Shown here in pieces: positions 30,662 through 41,668 of a stretch of 64,000 nt of DNA; the first letter of the stretch is position 1; every line of letters starts with the position of its first letter. The position numbers and the translations under genes were made by a program. The notes below the pieces were generated by a model. That model saw only the letters and a program-made list of their open reading frames with translations. It had not been told where the DNA came from and ran no database searches. Source of the DNA: an uncultured Alphaproteobacteria bacterium (lineage in GTDB: Bacteria > Pseudomonadota > Alphaproteobacteria > CACIAM-22H2); contig CAVVJD010000014.1 of NCBI GenBank assembly GCA_963748455.1, positions 232,139 to 296,138 on the forward strand, given 5' to 3'.

Positions 30662-31760
30662 ATGATGGACGCGATCGACCGGATCATCGATCAGCTCTAT
30701 GACGGCGCGGCCGACGAGACGGCGTGGGCGCCGGCGCTCAGCAATCTTTGCGATCTGGTCGGCGCCGGCCACGCCGTCGGCTTCGTTCAAGACAGCGCGA
30801 CAGAGAGGCTGCCCTTTGTCACTTCGGTGCGCGTGGACGGGGCCCATCTCGACCGCTTCGTCCCCTTCGTGCCCTGGGGCATGACAATGCTGCGGGCCTA
30901 TCGCGCGCAGCAGACCTTCAATTTCGATAGCGTGGTTCCGCGCAAGGAATTCCTGCGCTCCGACTTCTTCAACGATGTGATCCGTCCGATGAACGGCTAT
31001 CAGGCGCTGCTCGCCATTCCCTTCCGGCACGCCAGCTACGACAGCTATTTCGCAGTCTGCCGGCCGGAGCGATCCGAGGACTATTCGCCCCAAGAAATGG
31101 CGACGATCGATCGTATCGTCCCACATGTGGCGCGCGCCCTGCGCACGAAGCTTCAGGTCGACGAGTCGGCACGGCGCCTCTCGGCCACGCTCGGCGCCTT
31201 CGATCAGTTCGATCTCGGCATCGCCATCGTCGATCGGGATCTGAAGCCGGTGGTGCTGAATCGGCGCGCCGAGCAGATCATCGCCAGCAGCGACGGCCTC
31301 TCGCTCTCGCGCAAGGAGCTGATCGCAAGCCGCGCCAGCGACACGAGCTGGCTCCATCGCCTGGTCCGCCGCGCGCGCCGCCGATGATCTGCGCGTGCGC
31401 GGGCACTACACCATGCGCCTGCACCGGACGCAGGGCCCGCCCTGGTCGGTGACGGCGCGCCGCCTGGAGGGCGGATCGGGGCGGTCCGGCGTCTTGGTCA
31501 CGCTCCTGATCGAGGAGAGCGTTCGCGATGCGCAAGACGTTGTCCCGCTGCTGATGCGCGCGTTCGATCTTTCGCCGCGCGAGGCAGCGCTGGCCGCCGA
31601 GCTGGCGAACGGCCACGAGCTGGCGGCGGCGGCGAACCGCCTGCACATTGCCGTTGGCACGGCGCGTAATTATCTGAAGGCGATCTTCGCGAAGACGCGC
31701 ACGCATCGCCAGGCAGAGCTCGTCGCGCTGATCTTGCGCGCGACGCGCTTCGGCGGCTGA
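30662..31760 (+). CDS. GAF-like/PAS/LuxR-HTH transcriptional regulator; indel at ~31370-31395
   Basis: IDQLYDGAADETAWAPAL, PHVARAL, PAS-like GIAIVDRDLKPVVLNRRAE, LuxR HTH FDLSPREAALA...TARNYLKAIFAKTRTHRQAELV. Confidence 0.88.
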
Positions 31761-31772
31761 TCGGCAATCGAC

Positions 31773-31870
31773 GTCCCAAATGGGACTGTTCGGCACGGTG
31801 ACAAGGCCCACCGACGGCAGCAAACGTTCCTTTTGAAATCAATCGATTAGCATCTGGCCTCGGGCTTGCA
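31773..31870 (+). promoter_or_regulatory. sigma-54 promoter with IHF site, enhancer-like TGT-N11-ACA and a palindrome
   Basis: GTCCCA-AA-TGGGAC (31773-31786); TGT-N11-ACA (31787-31803); AATCAA-TCGA-TTA (31837-31849); TGGCCTCGGGCTTGCA, GG-N10-GC (31855-31870). Confidence 0.75.
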
Positions 31871-31910
31871 CAAAGCCTCCCGCATCAGTTTCATCGCGCG
31901 GAGGTTGGTC

Positions 31911-32888
31911 ATGACAAGTTCATTCGTCTCGCGTCTTTTGGGAGTCTCGATTTTCGGCGGGTTCATTGCGTTGGCGGCCGCGCCCGCCACGGCCACGGCG
32001 ATCGTCAACACTTCAGCGAACTCCGGCCCGTACAGCTCCTCCTCGAACACGCCGGCAGACATCGCCAATGAGCCGTTTATCTCAGCGCGCTCGAAAGCGA
32101 CGGCCAATGGCGCGAGTTCGAATGTCGCAACGGGCGCGCTGCCAAGCTGTGCCCAGCCGGGGTCTTGCACCTCCTTAGCCTCGCCGCCGGAAGCGGGCTC
32201 CTATGCCTCAGCCAACGGCAACACCGGAACCTTGAAGGTCGGCGCGCAGGCGTGGGATGGCGGCGGCGCCCGGGCGAGCGCCAGAGCCGGCTTGATCGAC
32301 ACCGTCACGCTCACAAGCCCGATCATCAAGATCTTTGTCGACATCAACGCTCTGGGCGCCGGCACCAACCAATCCCCCGGCCAAAGCAACGGAGACGCGC
32401 ATATTTTTTTCACGATGTTCATCCCGCCGTACGCGGGCGCACCCAGCGACGTGGAGAACAAAAATCTTTTCAGCTTCGAGGTCTCGAAAGATGACGATGG
32501 CGCCTTCTATTCAGCCTATCTTCTCGATGACGCCGACAATCCGTTCGAGACCGCAAACTCGGCGCCGGGCGAGCTGAGCTTCTCGATCGATCTTTCCGAC
32601 GCGGCATTCGCCAACCTTATCCCAAATGGCCCGCTGGATCTTGGCTTCATGCTCTTCGCCACGGCCGAGTGCGACACCAGCAATTGCTTCTCTCAGGCCC
32701 GCGCCGACGAATCGCTCTATATTCAACTGCAGGGCAGTTCCGCGAACGGATACAGCTATCTCGGGCGCCCCACGGGCACGGACCCCGATCCTGATCCAGA
32801 TCCCGTCGGCGTGCCTGAGCCGATGAGCGCGCTGCTTCTGCTGTCGGGACTGTTCGGGTTCGCAGGCTTGCGTCGTTTTGCCCGCTGA
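31911..32888 (+). CDS. PEP-CTERM sorting-domain protein, Ser/Ala-rich
   Basis: Signal peptide (GFIALAAAPATATA), DPDPDPDP linker, VPEPMSALLLLSGLFGFAGLRRFAR. Confidence 0.9.
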   Translation: MTSSFVSRLLGVSIFGGFIALAAAPATATAIVNTSANSGPYSSSSNTPADIANEPFISARSKATANGASSNVATGALPSCAQPGSCTSLASPPEAGSYASANGNTGTLKVGAQAWDGGGARASARAGLIDTVTLTSPIIKIFVDINALGAGTNQSPGQSNGDAHIFFTMFIPPYAGAPSDVENKNLFSFEVSKDDDGAFYSAYLLDDADNPFETANSAPGELSFSIDLSDAAFANLIPNGPLDLGFMLFATAECDTSNCFSQARADESLYIQLQGSSANGYSYLGRPTGTDPDPDPDPVGVPEPMSALLLLSGLFGFAGLRRFAR

Positions 32889-32900
32889 CGCCAGATAGCG

Positions 32901-32934
32901 AAAAGGCCGCACCCGATCGGTGCGGCCTTTTTTC
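32901..32934. terminator. bidirectional terminator between PEP-CTERM gene and cheR
   Basis: AAAAGGCCGCACC-CGATC-GGTGCGGCCTTTTTT. Confidence 0.85.
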
Positions 32935-32952
32935 TTCGATGGAACGTATGCG

Positions 32953-33798
32953 TCAGGCGCGGACAACCTGCTTGGGTGCAACTTTCTCCGCAACCAGGCC
33001 GTAGACGCCGCGCTGGCCCGGCAGCGGTGCAAATTTGTCAGAGACACCGAGCACGGTCTCGGCACCGCCCAGATAGAGGACACCGTCGGCCGCCAGAAGC
33101 TTGGCGACGCGGTCGAGCACGCCGGACTTGGTGGTCTGGTCGAAATAGATGAGCACGTTGCGGCAGAGCACGACGTCGAACTGGCCCAGCGAGCTCGGGT
33201 CCTGCAGCAGGTTGAAGTCGCGGAACTGCACCATGTTGCGCAGCTGCTGCGAGATCTGCCACTTGTCGCCCTGCTGCTTGAAGTACTTCACCAGCATGTT
33301 GATGGGCAGGCCGCGCTGCACCTCGAACTGCGTGTAGATGCCGGCCTTGGCGCGGTCGAGCGCGTCCTTGGAAATATCGGTGGCGACGATCTCGATCTTC
33401 CAGTCGGAGAATTTGGCGGTGTCTTCGGACAGGATCATCGCCAGCGTATAGGGCTCCTGCCCGGTCGAGCAGGCGGCGCTCCAGATGCGGATCGATTTGC
33501 GCTGGGCCCGGCTCTGCTGCAGCTTGGGCAGCATCACCTGGCGCAGCTGCTCGAACGGCTTGATGTCGCGGAAGAACAGCGACTCATTCGTCATCATCGC
33601 ATCGGAGACGTCGCGCAACAGGTCGGCGTCACGGCCGGCGCGCAGGCCCGCGGTCAACGCATCGAGGCCGTTCATGCCCCATTTGCGCGCGACCGGCGAG
33701 AGGCGGCTCTCGATCAGGTACATCTTGTCCGTGCCTAGGACGAGCCCGGTACGCTCGTAGAGCAGCTTGCAGAGGAAGGAAAAGTCTTCGGGCTTCAT
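32953..33798 (-). CDS. cheR: chemotaxis methyltransferase CheR
   Basis: TNESLFFRD, RIWSAACSTGQEPY, IVATDIS, FDVVLCRNVLIYFD. Confidence 0.96.
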   Translation of the reverse strand: MKPEDFSFLCKLLYERTGLVLGTDKMYLIESRLSPVARKWGMNGLDALTAGLRAGRDADLLRDVSDAMMTNESLFFRDIKPFEQLRQVMLPKLQQSRAQRKSIRIWSAACSTGQEPYTLAMILSEDTAKFSDWKIEIVATDISKDALDRAKAGIYTQFEVQRGLPINMLVKYFKQQGDKWQISQQLRNMVQFRDFNLLQDPSSLGQFDVVLCRNVLIYFDQTTKSGVLDRVAKLLAADGVLYLGGAETVLGVSDKFAPLPGQRGVYGLVAEKVAPKQVVRA

Positions 33799-34940
33799 CA
33801 CGCACCCCTGACGGCCAGACGCATGATCTGCGGGCCGATATCGGCGAGCGGCAGCACGGCCGAGCAGATGCCCGCGGCCGCAGCGGCCCCCGGCATGCCC
33901 CAGACCACGCTGGTCGCTTCGTCCTGAGCAATGACTGTCCCCCCGGCCGCGACGACAGCCTGACCGCCCTTGGCCCCATCGGAGCCCATGCCGGTCAGGA
34001 TCACGCTCAAGACGGCGGGACCATAGATTTGCGCCAGGCTGCGGAGCATCGGGTCCACGGCCGGGCGGCAGAAATTCTCGGGCGGTTCCTTGGTGAGGCG
34101 GATGACCCGTTCGGTCCCCTTCGCCTCGATCTTCATGTGGAAATCGCCGGGCGCCACATAGATGCGGCCGCGCATAACGGGCTCGCCATCCACGCCTTCC
34201 TGGGCGGTGCGGCCGCTGGCGCGCGTGAGATGCTCGGCCAGGATGGTCGTGAACGTCGCCGGCATGTGCTGGGTGATGACGATGGGCTGCTTGAGCGTCG
34301 CGGGAAGCTGACGGAACAGCGCGAACAGCGCCTGCGGACCGCCGGTGGAACTGCCGATCGCCAGAATTTCGGGCAAGGTCGTCGACGGGGAGCGCAGGAC
34401 GATCGGGCCGTGCGGACGCGCGGCCAGGCGCGGTGCGGCGCGTTCGCCGGCCGTGACCATGCGCTTGCCGGCGGTACCCGCGCGGCGCACGGCACCCAAG
34501 GTTTTGACCTTCGCAACGAGGTCGCGGCGGAAATCGCCGGCGGCATTCATTTCGCCCGCCGAGCTCGGCTTGGCGATATAGTCGGCCGCACCGCTCGCGA
34601 GCGCCTTCAAGCTGACCTGGGCGTTGCGCTTGCTGAGCGTGGAGGCAATGATCACCTTTACGCCCGGCGACATCGCCAGCAGTTTGGGCAGCGCCGTGAG
34701 GCCGTCCATCACCGGCATTTCGATATCGAGAACGATCACGTCGACAACCGAACGCTGCAGCGCCGACAGCGCCGCCTCGCCATTGCCGACCGAGGCAATG
34801 ACGGCGATCTCCAAATCCTCTTCGAGGGTTCGCGTCAGGAGGCCCCGGATGACCGCCAAATCATCGACGACCATGACATGGATCGGCCTTGCCGCGTCTG
34901 TTCCAGAATTATCGGCGGCGTCGACTGTACGTGCACTCAT
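33798..34940 (-). CDS. cheB: chemotaxis methylesterase CheB
   Basis: REC domain LDIEMPVMDG; GSSTGGPQAL, TQHMP, RPAVD, ILTGMGSDG, VVWGMPG. Confidence 0.96.
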   Translation of the reverse strand: MSARTVDAADNSGTDAARPIHVMVVDDLAVIRGLLTRTLEEDLEIAVIASVGNGEAALSALQRSVVDVIVLDIEMPVMDGLTALPKLLAMSPGVKVIIASTLSKRNAQVSLKALASGAADYIAKPSSAGEMNAAGDFRRDLVAKVKTLGAVRRAGTAGKRMVTAGERAAPRLAARPHGPIVLRSPSTTLPEILAIGSSTGGPQALFALFRQLPATLKQPIVITQHMPATFTTILAEHLTRASGRTAQEGVDGEPVMRGRIYVAPGDFHMKIEAKGTERVIRLTKEPPENFCRPAVDPMLRSLAQIYGPAVLSVILTGMGSDGAKGGQAVVAAGGTVIAQDEATSVVWGMPGAAAAAGICSAVLPLADIGPQIMRLAVRGA

Positions 34941-35305
34941 CACAATAAGCCGACCTGGGAGAATTTCGCCTGGATGATTTCGCTGTCGAACGGCTTCATG
35001 ATGTATTCATTGGCGCCGGCCGAGATCGCTTCCTGGATATGGGAGAGATCGTTCTCGGTCGTGCAGAACACCACGACCGGGTCGGCGCCGTGCTCCATGG
35101 AACGCAGCTTGCGCAGGAACTCGATGCCGGTCATCACCGGCATGTTCCAGTCGAGCAGGATCGCGTCGGGCATCTGCTTCTGGCAGGCCTCGACCGCCTT
35201 TTGTCCATCGGCCGCCTCGTCAATCTCGAAGTTGAAACCTTCGAGGATGCGGCGGGCCACCATGCGGATGACTTTCGAGTCATCGACAATCAGGCACCGT
35301 TTCAT
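34940..35305 (-). CDS. cheY: chemotaxis response regulator CheY
   Basis: LIVDDSKVIR, LLDWNMP, FCTTE, YIMKPFD; single REC domain. Confidence 0.93.
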   Translation of the reverse strand: MKRCLIVDDSKVIRMVARRILEGFNFEIDEAADGQKAVEACQKQMPDAILLDWNMPVMTGIEFLRKLRSMEHGADPVVVFCTTENDLSHIQEAISAGANEYIMKPFDSEIIQAKFSQVGLL

Positions 35306-35366
35306 GGTCTAACCTCCAAGCGCGTCCGGACCAACGTGGCCGGCCGGGTCGATTGCATTGTCGTCG

Positions 35367-35862
35367 TCAGGCCGCGTCGGCGCGGCGGATATCGAGCAGC
35401 CGCGAGACTTCGAGCACCACCAGCAGCTTGCCGTCGAGGCGGTAGATGCCGGCCGAAACCTCGCGCCATTTCGGGTCGAGGGTTGCCGGGTTGCGCTCGA
35501 AGGCCTCGTTGGGCAGGCTCAACACCTCGCCCACCGAGTCAACGATCAGGCTGTAGAGCTCGCCGTTGTGATCGACGACGACGCTCATGCCGGCCGTGCC
35601 GACTTCACGCGAGCGGCAGGTCGAGGCGGCGGCGCACGTCCATCGCGGTCACGATACGGCCGCGCAGGTTGAGAGCGCCGGCCACTTCGGGCGGGGCGAG
35701 CGGGATGCGCGTGATGCGCTGGGATCCCAGCACGTCCTGCACTGTCAGCACGGGAATGCCGAAGAGCTGGTCGGCGATGGTCATGGTGACGTAGTCCTGC
35801 GATTCACCCGACGCAATCGCGGACTCGGCAGTCTTCGCGCCCTTGTCTTTCTGCTCGCTCAC
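35367..35862 (-). CDS. cheW: chemotaxis coupling protein CheW; indel near 35612
   Basis: QLFGIPVLTVQDVL, VAGALNLRGRIVT, YSLIVDSVGEVL. Confidence 0.93.
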
Positions 35863-38574
35863 GCTGCACCTCTGATGTTGGACACGGTCTGCGACAGGGT
35901 CTGCAGCAGCGCGTCACGATCGAATTTCGCGATGTAGTCGGTGAAGCCGACCTTGCGGCCGCGGTCGAGATCCTTGGGTGTCGCATGCGACGACAGGGCC
36001 ACGATCGGCGTGTCCTGCCAGCGCGAGTTCTTGCGCACCGCCTCGGCGAACTCGAAGCCGTTCATGCCCGGCATTTCGATATCCGAGACAATCACATCGA
36101 AATCCTTGCCGGCTTCGCACATGCCCAGCGCCTGGTCGGCGTTCTCGGCCGTGGTGACCTCGTAGCCCGCCACCGCGAGCAGCGGTGCAAGCAGGTTGCG
36201 GAAGAACGGCGAAGTCATCGACCAGCAGCAGGCGCTTGACGACCGACGTCGAAGGTTCGCCGAAGGACTGCGTGCCGTGATTGCCGAACCAATCCTGGAA
36301 GGCCATGGTCAGGTAGTGGCCGGTGTCGATGATGTCCGTCGCCTTGCCGGAGACGATGGCGCTGCCCATCAGGCCCGGACGGTCGGAGACGAGCTCGACC
36401 GACAGGCGCTCCTCGACGATGTCCACGATCTCGTCGACGAGCAGGCCCATCGAGTGCTGGCCATCGGCGAAGACGAGGACCGGCTGACGGCCCGTGGTCT
36501 TGATCTCGTAGGACGGGTCGAGCTTGACCAGCGGCATCAACTTGCCGCGGTACTGAACGACCGGGCGGCCGTTCGACTGCTCGATCGAGTTGGACTCCAC
36601 CTCTTCCAGACGCGCGACGAGTGCCAGCGGCACCGCCTTGGGCGCTTCCTGGCCAGCGCGGAACAGCAGCAGGGCCACGCGCTCGTTCTGACGAGAAGCA
36701 TGCGAAGTCGCGGCTTCGGCGGCGTGGTTCTCGCTGTGGCTGGCGGCACCCATCGCGGCCGCGAGGCCGTTGGGGTCGAGGATCATGATGACGCTGCCGT
36801 CGCCCAGGATGGTGTTGCCCGAGAACATCGTGACATCGCGCAGGATCGGAGCGACCGGCTTGACGACGATTTCCTCGGTGTCGAACACGCGATCGACCAT
36901 GATGCCGAAGATCTGCGCGCCGACCTGGCTGACGACGATGAAGGTCTCCGCGCTGGTCTCGGGCTTGCCGTCGGACAGGCCCAGCACATCGCGCAGGCTG
37001 ACCAGCGGCAGGAGGCGGTTGCGCAGGCGCAGGAAGGGCGAACCCTTGACGCGCTCGATCGTGTGCTCGGAGCCCGCGCCGGCGCGGACCAGCTCGAGAA
37101 CGCTGATCTGCGGAACGGCGAAGCGCTCGCCCGAGCAGCCGACGATCAGCGCCGAGACGATGGCGAGGGTCAGCGGGATCTTGATGACGAAGGCCGTGCC
37201 CTTGTTCTGCGACGAGCGCAGCTCAACGGTACCGCCGATTTTCTCGATGTTCGTGCGCACCACGTCCATGCCGACGCCGCGGCCCGAGACGTTGGTGATC
37301 TGGGCGGCGGTGGAGAAGCCGGCGCGGAAGATGAACTGGTGGATCTGCTGATCGGACATGCCGGCCAGCTCGGCTTCGGTGGCCAGGCCGTTCTGCAGGG
37401 CCTTTGCCTTGATCTTGTCGACCGCGAGACCGCGGCCGTCATCGGAGATCTCGATGATGATATGGCCGCCCTCGTGGAAGGCGTTCAGGGTGACGCGGCC
37501 GATCTCGTTCTTGCCGGCCTTGCGGCGATCGGCGGGCTTTTCCAGGCCGTGATCGGCGCAGTTGCGCACGATGATGGGTCAGCGGGTCCTTGATCAGCTC
37601 CAGCACCTGGCGATCGAGCTCGGTGTCGGCGCCGATCATCTGGAGGTCGATCTTCTTGTTCAGTTCGTGCGCGAGGTCGCGCACCATGCGCGGCAGCTTC
37701 GCCCAGGCGTTGCCGATGGGCTGCATGCGCGTCTTCATGACGCCTTCCTGCAGCTCCGACGTCACGTGGTTGAGGCGCTGCAAGGGCGCTGCGAAATCGC
37801 TGTCCTTCTGGCCGCGCAGGATCTGCAGCAGCTGGTTGCGGGTCAGCACCAGCTCGCTGACCATGGTCATCAGGTTTTCGAGCAGGTCGACATGCACGCG
37901 GATGGTCTGCGCGGCAACGCCGGATTCCTTGTTGGCGGCGGGCGCGTCCTTGGCATCGGCAGCGGGCTTCTTGGCGGCGGTCACGGCCGCCTCCAGCTCA
38001 GCCACAACCTCTTCCACGGCGGGGGCGGGAGCCGCGACCTCGGCCACAGGAGCTGCTTCGACCTTGGCAACGACCGGTTCGGCCTTGGCCGCGACCGGCT
38101 CGACGACGGGCACAACCGGCTCGGCCTTGCCGGCGACCGGGGTGAATTCGACCTTGGCGGCCTCTTCGGCGTGCGATGTCGGGGCCGGCGCCACGCCGCC
38201 ATTGGCGAGCGCGTTCAGGCGGCCGGTGAGATCGCTATCGTCGCCCGCGGGCTCCGCTTCCGTCTGTTCAAGAGTGTTCAGCAAGCTCTTGATACGATCG
38301 AGAGATTTCGAGGATCAGGCTGACCGCCGGCGGGGTGATCACCAGCTCGCCGTCGCGGACCTTGCCAAGGACGTTCTCGGAGGCGTGGGCGACGCTCTCA
38401 AGGCGCGGCAGGCCGAGGAAGCCGCAGGTGCCCTTGATGGTGTGGACCAGGCGAAAAATATTGCCCAGAAGCTCGGGATCGTTGGGGTTCTGTTCGAGCT
38501 TGACGAGCTCTGAATCGAGAACCGAAAGGCTTTCGTTCGAACTCGGTCAAAAATTCGCGGAGGAGATCATCCAT
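35859..38574 (-). CDS. cheA: hybrid chemotaxis kinase CheA (Hpt-kinase-2xCheW-REC); several indels
   Basis: MDDLLREFL, IFRLVHTIKGTCGFL, LVLTRNQL, GVMKTRMQPI, RNCADHG, SGRGVGMDVV, KIPLTLAI, C-terminal REC VSDIEMP. Confidence 0.95.
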
Positions 38575-38668
38575 GGCCCGGCCTTCTGGAAAAAACGGTC
38601 AATGCCCTTGTCTGGCAACAGGCCAGCCGTCGCTGTCCTGCTTTCGGACACACGCTCTCAAATGAAGA

Positions 38669-38683
38669 TTAAAAACCGGTAAA
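38669..38683 (-). promoter_or_regulatory. CtrA-box-like site upstream of cheA
   Basis: TTAA-N7-TAAA on the + strand in AT-rich intergenic DNA. Confidence 0.55.
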
Positions 38684-38793
38684 TATTTGGGTTTTCGGCG
38701 TTTTCTCTGACTTGCAGAGCACGCGACGGACCCGCGCGGAAGGCCCGGAAAACACCTGGGCCCCGCCCCATCTCCCCCCTCTAAGGGGTCGGG

Positions 38794-39441
38794 CTAAACC
38801 TGCGCCGGGCAGTCGATCGTCAGATCGACACTGCCGGGGGTTGCAGACGAGGAATTCAGCTTTGCCCCCGCCGACCCGGCCAGGGTAGCGGCGAGATAGG
38901 CCGGCATGGCTTTGGGCGCGAGGTCGCCCGCACGGGCTTCCAGCGCGGCCTGGATCTCATCGGGCAGCCGCGCCTGCGCGCCCGATGCGGTGACGGTCAC
39001 GATGAAACGGCCCGCCGGTGCTGCGACCTTGACCTTCAGCACGCCGCCACGCGGCAAGGCTTCAACTGCAACCAACAGCAGCATGAGCGACAGCTTGACG
39101 CCGACCCGCCCGGCCGCCGCCTCGCTCGCCGCATCGGGATTGGGCCAGTCAAGCTCGATGCGCCCGCCTTCCAGGTATCCGGCCGCGAGACGGCGAATCT
39201 CCGCCACACGTCCAGTCGCGGGTAACGCGTTGCCGGTACCGAAGGCGATGCGAAACAGCTGCAGGCGGCGCGACGCCGAGCGTGCTGAATTTTCGATAAG
39301 CCCGACCACTTCGGGATCGCCGGCACCATCGGCACGCAACAGCTCGACGCCATTGGCGACGGCGCCGACCGGGCCGACGAGATCGTGGCACAGCTTGGCC
39401 GCCAGCAATTCGAGCAGTTGCAGATCGTCGGTACGAGTCAC
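38794..39441 (-). CDS. chpT: histidine phosphotransferase ChpT
   Basis: LAAKLCHDLVGPVGAVANGVELL, RLQLFRIAFG, ALPRGG; upstream of cheA. Confidence 0.92.
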   Translation of the reverse strand: MTRTDDLQLLELLAAKLCHDLVGPVGAVANGVELLRADGAGDPEVVGLIENSARSASRRLQLFRIAFGTGNALPATGRVAEIRRLAAGYLEGGRIELDWPNPDAASEAAAGRVGVKLSLMLLLVAVEALPRGGVLKVKVAAPAGRFIVTVTASGAQARLPDEIQAALEARAGDLAPKAMPAYLAATLAGSAGAKLNSSSATPGSVDLTIDCPAQV

Positions 39442-39522
39442 AGGTCCTCCCGGGTTGGGCCGGCATTACGGCGCGGCGCGCGGCAATTTTCAAGGACTAT
39501 CCGTTGTACTATGGTGGCAGAC

Positions 39523-39714
39523 ATGGATCGTCTCGTGCCCGGCATGTTCGTGCGCCATCCCGGCCGGCCCGATTGGGGCCTGGGCCAGGTGCAATCTGTG
39601 ATTGGCGCGCGCGTCACGGTTAATTTCGAAAATGCCGGTAAATTGCTGATCAATAGCGATGTCGTGTCGCTGACGCCCGACGATGGCGACGATCACGAGC
39701 GCGTGCGCTCTTAA
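39523..39714 (+). CDS. DUF3553 family small protein
   Basis: PGMFVRHPGRPDWGLGQVQSVIGARVTVNFENAGK; divergent from chpT. Confidence 0.88.
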   Translation: MDRLVPGMFVRHPGRPDWGLGQVQSVIGARVTVNFENAGKLLINSDVVSLTPDDGDDHERVRS

Positions 39715-39728
39715 GGCTTCCGATAATT

Positions 39729-39822
39729 TCTGATTCCCGCGAGCTTGACCCGCGGGTCCATGCCTGACGCGATCGTGTCGCCGCCGTCAATGGGCCCTCG
39801 GGTCAAGCCCGAGGGAATCAGA
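39729..39822. repeat. palindromic repeat, family B
   Basis: TCTGATTCCCGCGAGCTTGACCCG...CGGGTCAAGCCCGAGGGAATCAGA. Confidence 0.85.
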
Positions 39823-39898
39823 CCTTCATCGAGCTTGCGTTTATACGCTGATTTGTCAGCATCACATCGCAGAACAATCGCGACGTGCGGAGGCATTC

Positions 39899-41020
39899 AT
39901 GAAGCGGCGGAGTTTTCTGGCAGGTAGCGCGGCGCTGACAATTGGCGCCACACAGGCACGGGCGCAGCACAATCATCCGCCGCTGCCGGAGGCACCGCCC
40001 TCCCCTGAACCGTTTGTGCGGCTGCAGGGCGGCGTGCCGCACCATCTGACGCCGGAGCAGGAATTGCAGCGGGTCTTCGACAGCCCCGCGCCGAAGGGTC
40101 CGGCCGGAAGATGGAGCGCCCGTGCAGCACTTCCCATCCCGCGCAGCGAGATGGCGTGGGCGACCGCGTGGGCCGGCCGTATGCACATCATCGGCGGCTA
40201 CGGCGAAGGCCGTGTCGATCGCGCCTATCATCACATCTACGATCCGCGCGAGGATCGCTGGTACAACGGTGCCGCCTTGCCGCGCGGCGCCAACCACGTG
40301 GCTGTCGTCGCCGATGGGGCCCGCATCTACGCGCTGGGCGGCTTCCTCGAGCAGAACCGCAACCCCGATCAGAACGCGTACGCCTATGACGTGGCGTCGG
40401 ATCGCTGGAAGTCCGATTGCGCCGCTGCCGCGCTCGCGCGGGGCCGGTGCGGCCGTCGCACTCAATGGCAAGATTCATCATATCGGCGGTGCCGCGGCGC
40501 CAACATTGGAGCGCGCGAGCGTCGGCTGGCACGAGGTCTACGATCCGCAGGCCGACAAGTGGGAAATCCGCAAGGCACTACCGGGGGCGCGCGACCATGT
40601 CGGCGTCGTCGCCTGGAACGGCGCCATCCACATCATCGGCGGGCGCTTCAACACGTTCGAGTACAACACCAACCTGCATCACGTGTATCTCGCCGAGAAG
40701 GATACGTGGCAGGAGCGCAGCCCCCTGCCGACGGCGCGCTCAGGCCATGGGCTCGTCCTCTATCGCAACCGCTTCTTTGCGATGGGCGGCGAGGCCGGCA
40801 TCGCATGGGCGGCGGACAGTTCCAACAGGCGAAGGTGTTCGGGCAGATGGAGAGCTACGATCCCGCCACGGACACGTGGCAGAGCCATGCGCCGATGCTG
40901 ACGCCGCGCCATGCCGTGGGCGCCACCGTGATCGGCGACTGGATCTATGTGGCGGGCGGCGGTGCGGTGCTCGGCGGCGGCGTCCAATCGGCCGTGCATG
41001 AGGCCTTCACGCTAGGCTAG
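39899..41020 (+). CDS. Tat-exported kelch-repeat beta-propeller protein; two indels (~40413, ~40805)
   Basis: [13 protein letters not shown] twin-arginine signal; about six kelch repeats (IIGG...YDP...W...LP..R). Confidence 0.88.
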   Translation: MKRRSFLAGSAALTIGATQARAQHNHPPLPEAPPSPEPFVRLQGGVPHHLTPEQELQRVFDSPAPKGPAGRWSARAALPIPRSEMAWATAWAGRMHIIGGYGEGRVDRAYHHIYDPREDRWYNGAALPRGANHVAVVADGARIYALGGFLEQNRNPDQNAYAYDVASDRWKSDCAAAALARGRCGRRTQWQDSSYRRCRGANIGARERRLARGLRSAGRQVGNPQGTTGGARPCRRRRLERRHPHHRRALQHVRVQHQPASRVSRREGYVAGAQPPADGALRPWARPLSQPLLCDGRRGRHRMGGGQFQQAKVFGQMESYDPATDTWQSHAPMLTPRHAVGATVIGDWIYVAGGGAVLGGGVQSAVHEAFTLG

Positions 41021-41617
41021 CAACCGCTCCGCCTCGGCGAGATCCTCGGGCCGGTTGACGTTGAAGAACGGATCGACAGGCACGCTCGCGAACTCGACAT
41101 CGACCAGGCGGTAGCGCGCGGTCCAGAGGTCGACCTTGCGCATCTCTTCCTCGACCAAGGCCTCGCGCAAGGCGTCGGCGAGGTCGACGCGCCATAGGCC
41201 GAAGACGGGATGCTCCTGCCCGCCCGATGTGGCGCGGGCGAGATCGGCGCCCGTGGCTTCTACGGCTTTCACTAAGCGTGAGACAAGATCCTCGGGCAAG
41301 AACGGCGCGTCGCTGGCGAAAGTCGCCAGCCAACGGCACTGCGGCGCATAGGCCTTCGCCCACTCGAGCCCGGTCAGCACGCCCGCTAAGGGACCGGCAA
41401 ATCCCTCTACGACATCCGACACGACCGGCAATCCGAAGGCGGCAAAGCGCGTCGGATCGCCGTTGGCATTGAGCGCAAGCGTGTCCACTTGCGGGCGCGC
41501 GCGCGCGATGATGTGCGCGAGGATCGGTTTGGGCCCGAGCGGACGCAGGCACTTATCCCCGCCGCCCATGCGCCGCGACTGCCCGCCCGCGAGGATGACG
41601 CCGGCGATTTGGGTCAT
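41012..41617 (-). CDS. mobA: molybdenum cofactor guanylyltransferase MobA
   Basis: [49 protein letters not shown]. Confidence 0.95.
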   Translation of the reverse strand: MTQIAGVILAGGQSRRMGGGDKCLRPLGPKPILAHIIARARPQVDTLALNANGDPTRFAAFGLPVVSDVVEGFAGPLAGVLTGLEWAKAYAPQCRWLATFASDAPFLPEDLVSRLVKAVEATGADLARATSGGQEHPVFGLWRVDLADALREALVEEEMRKVDLWTARYRLVDVEFASVPVDPFFNVNRPEDLAEAERLLA

Positions 41618-41668
41618 TGGGTGTGCTGCATCGAGATCACGCAACGCTGTCTGTTGCTGCGCTCTGCA

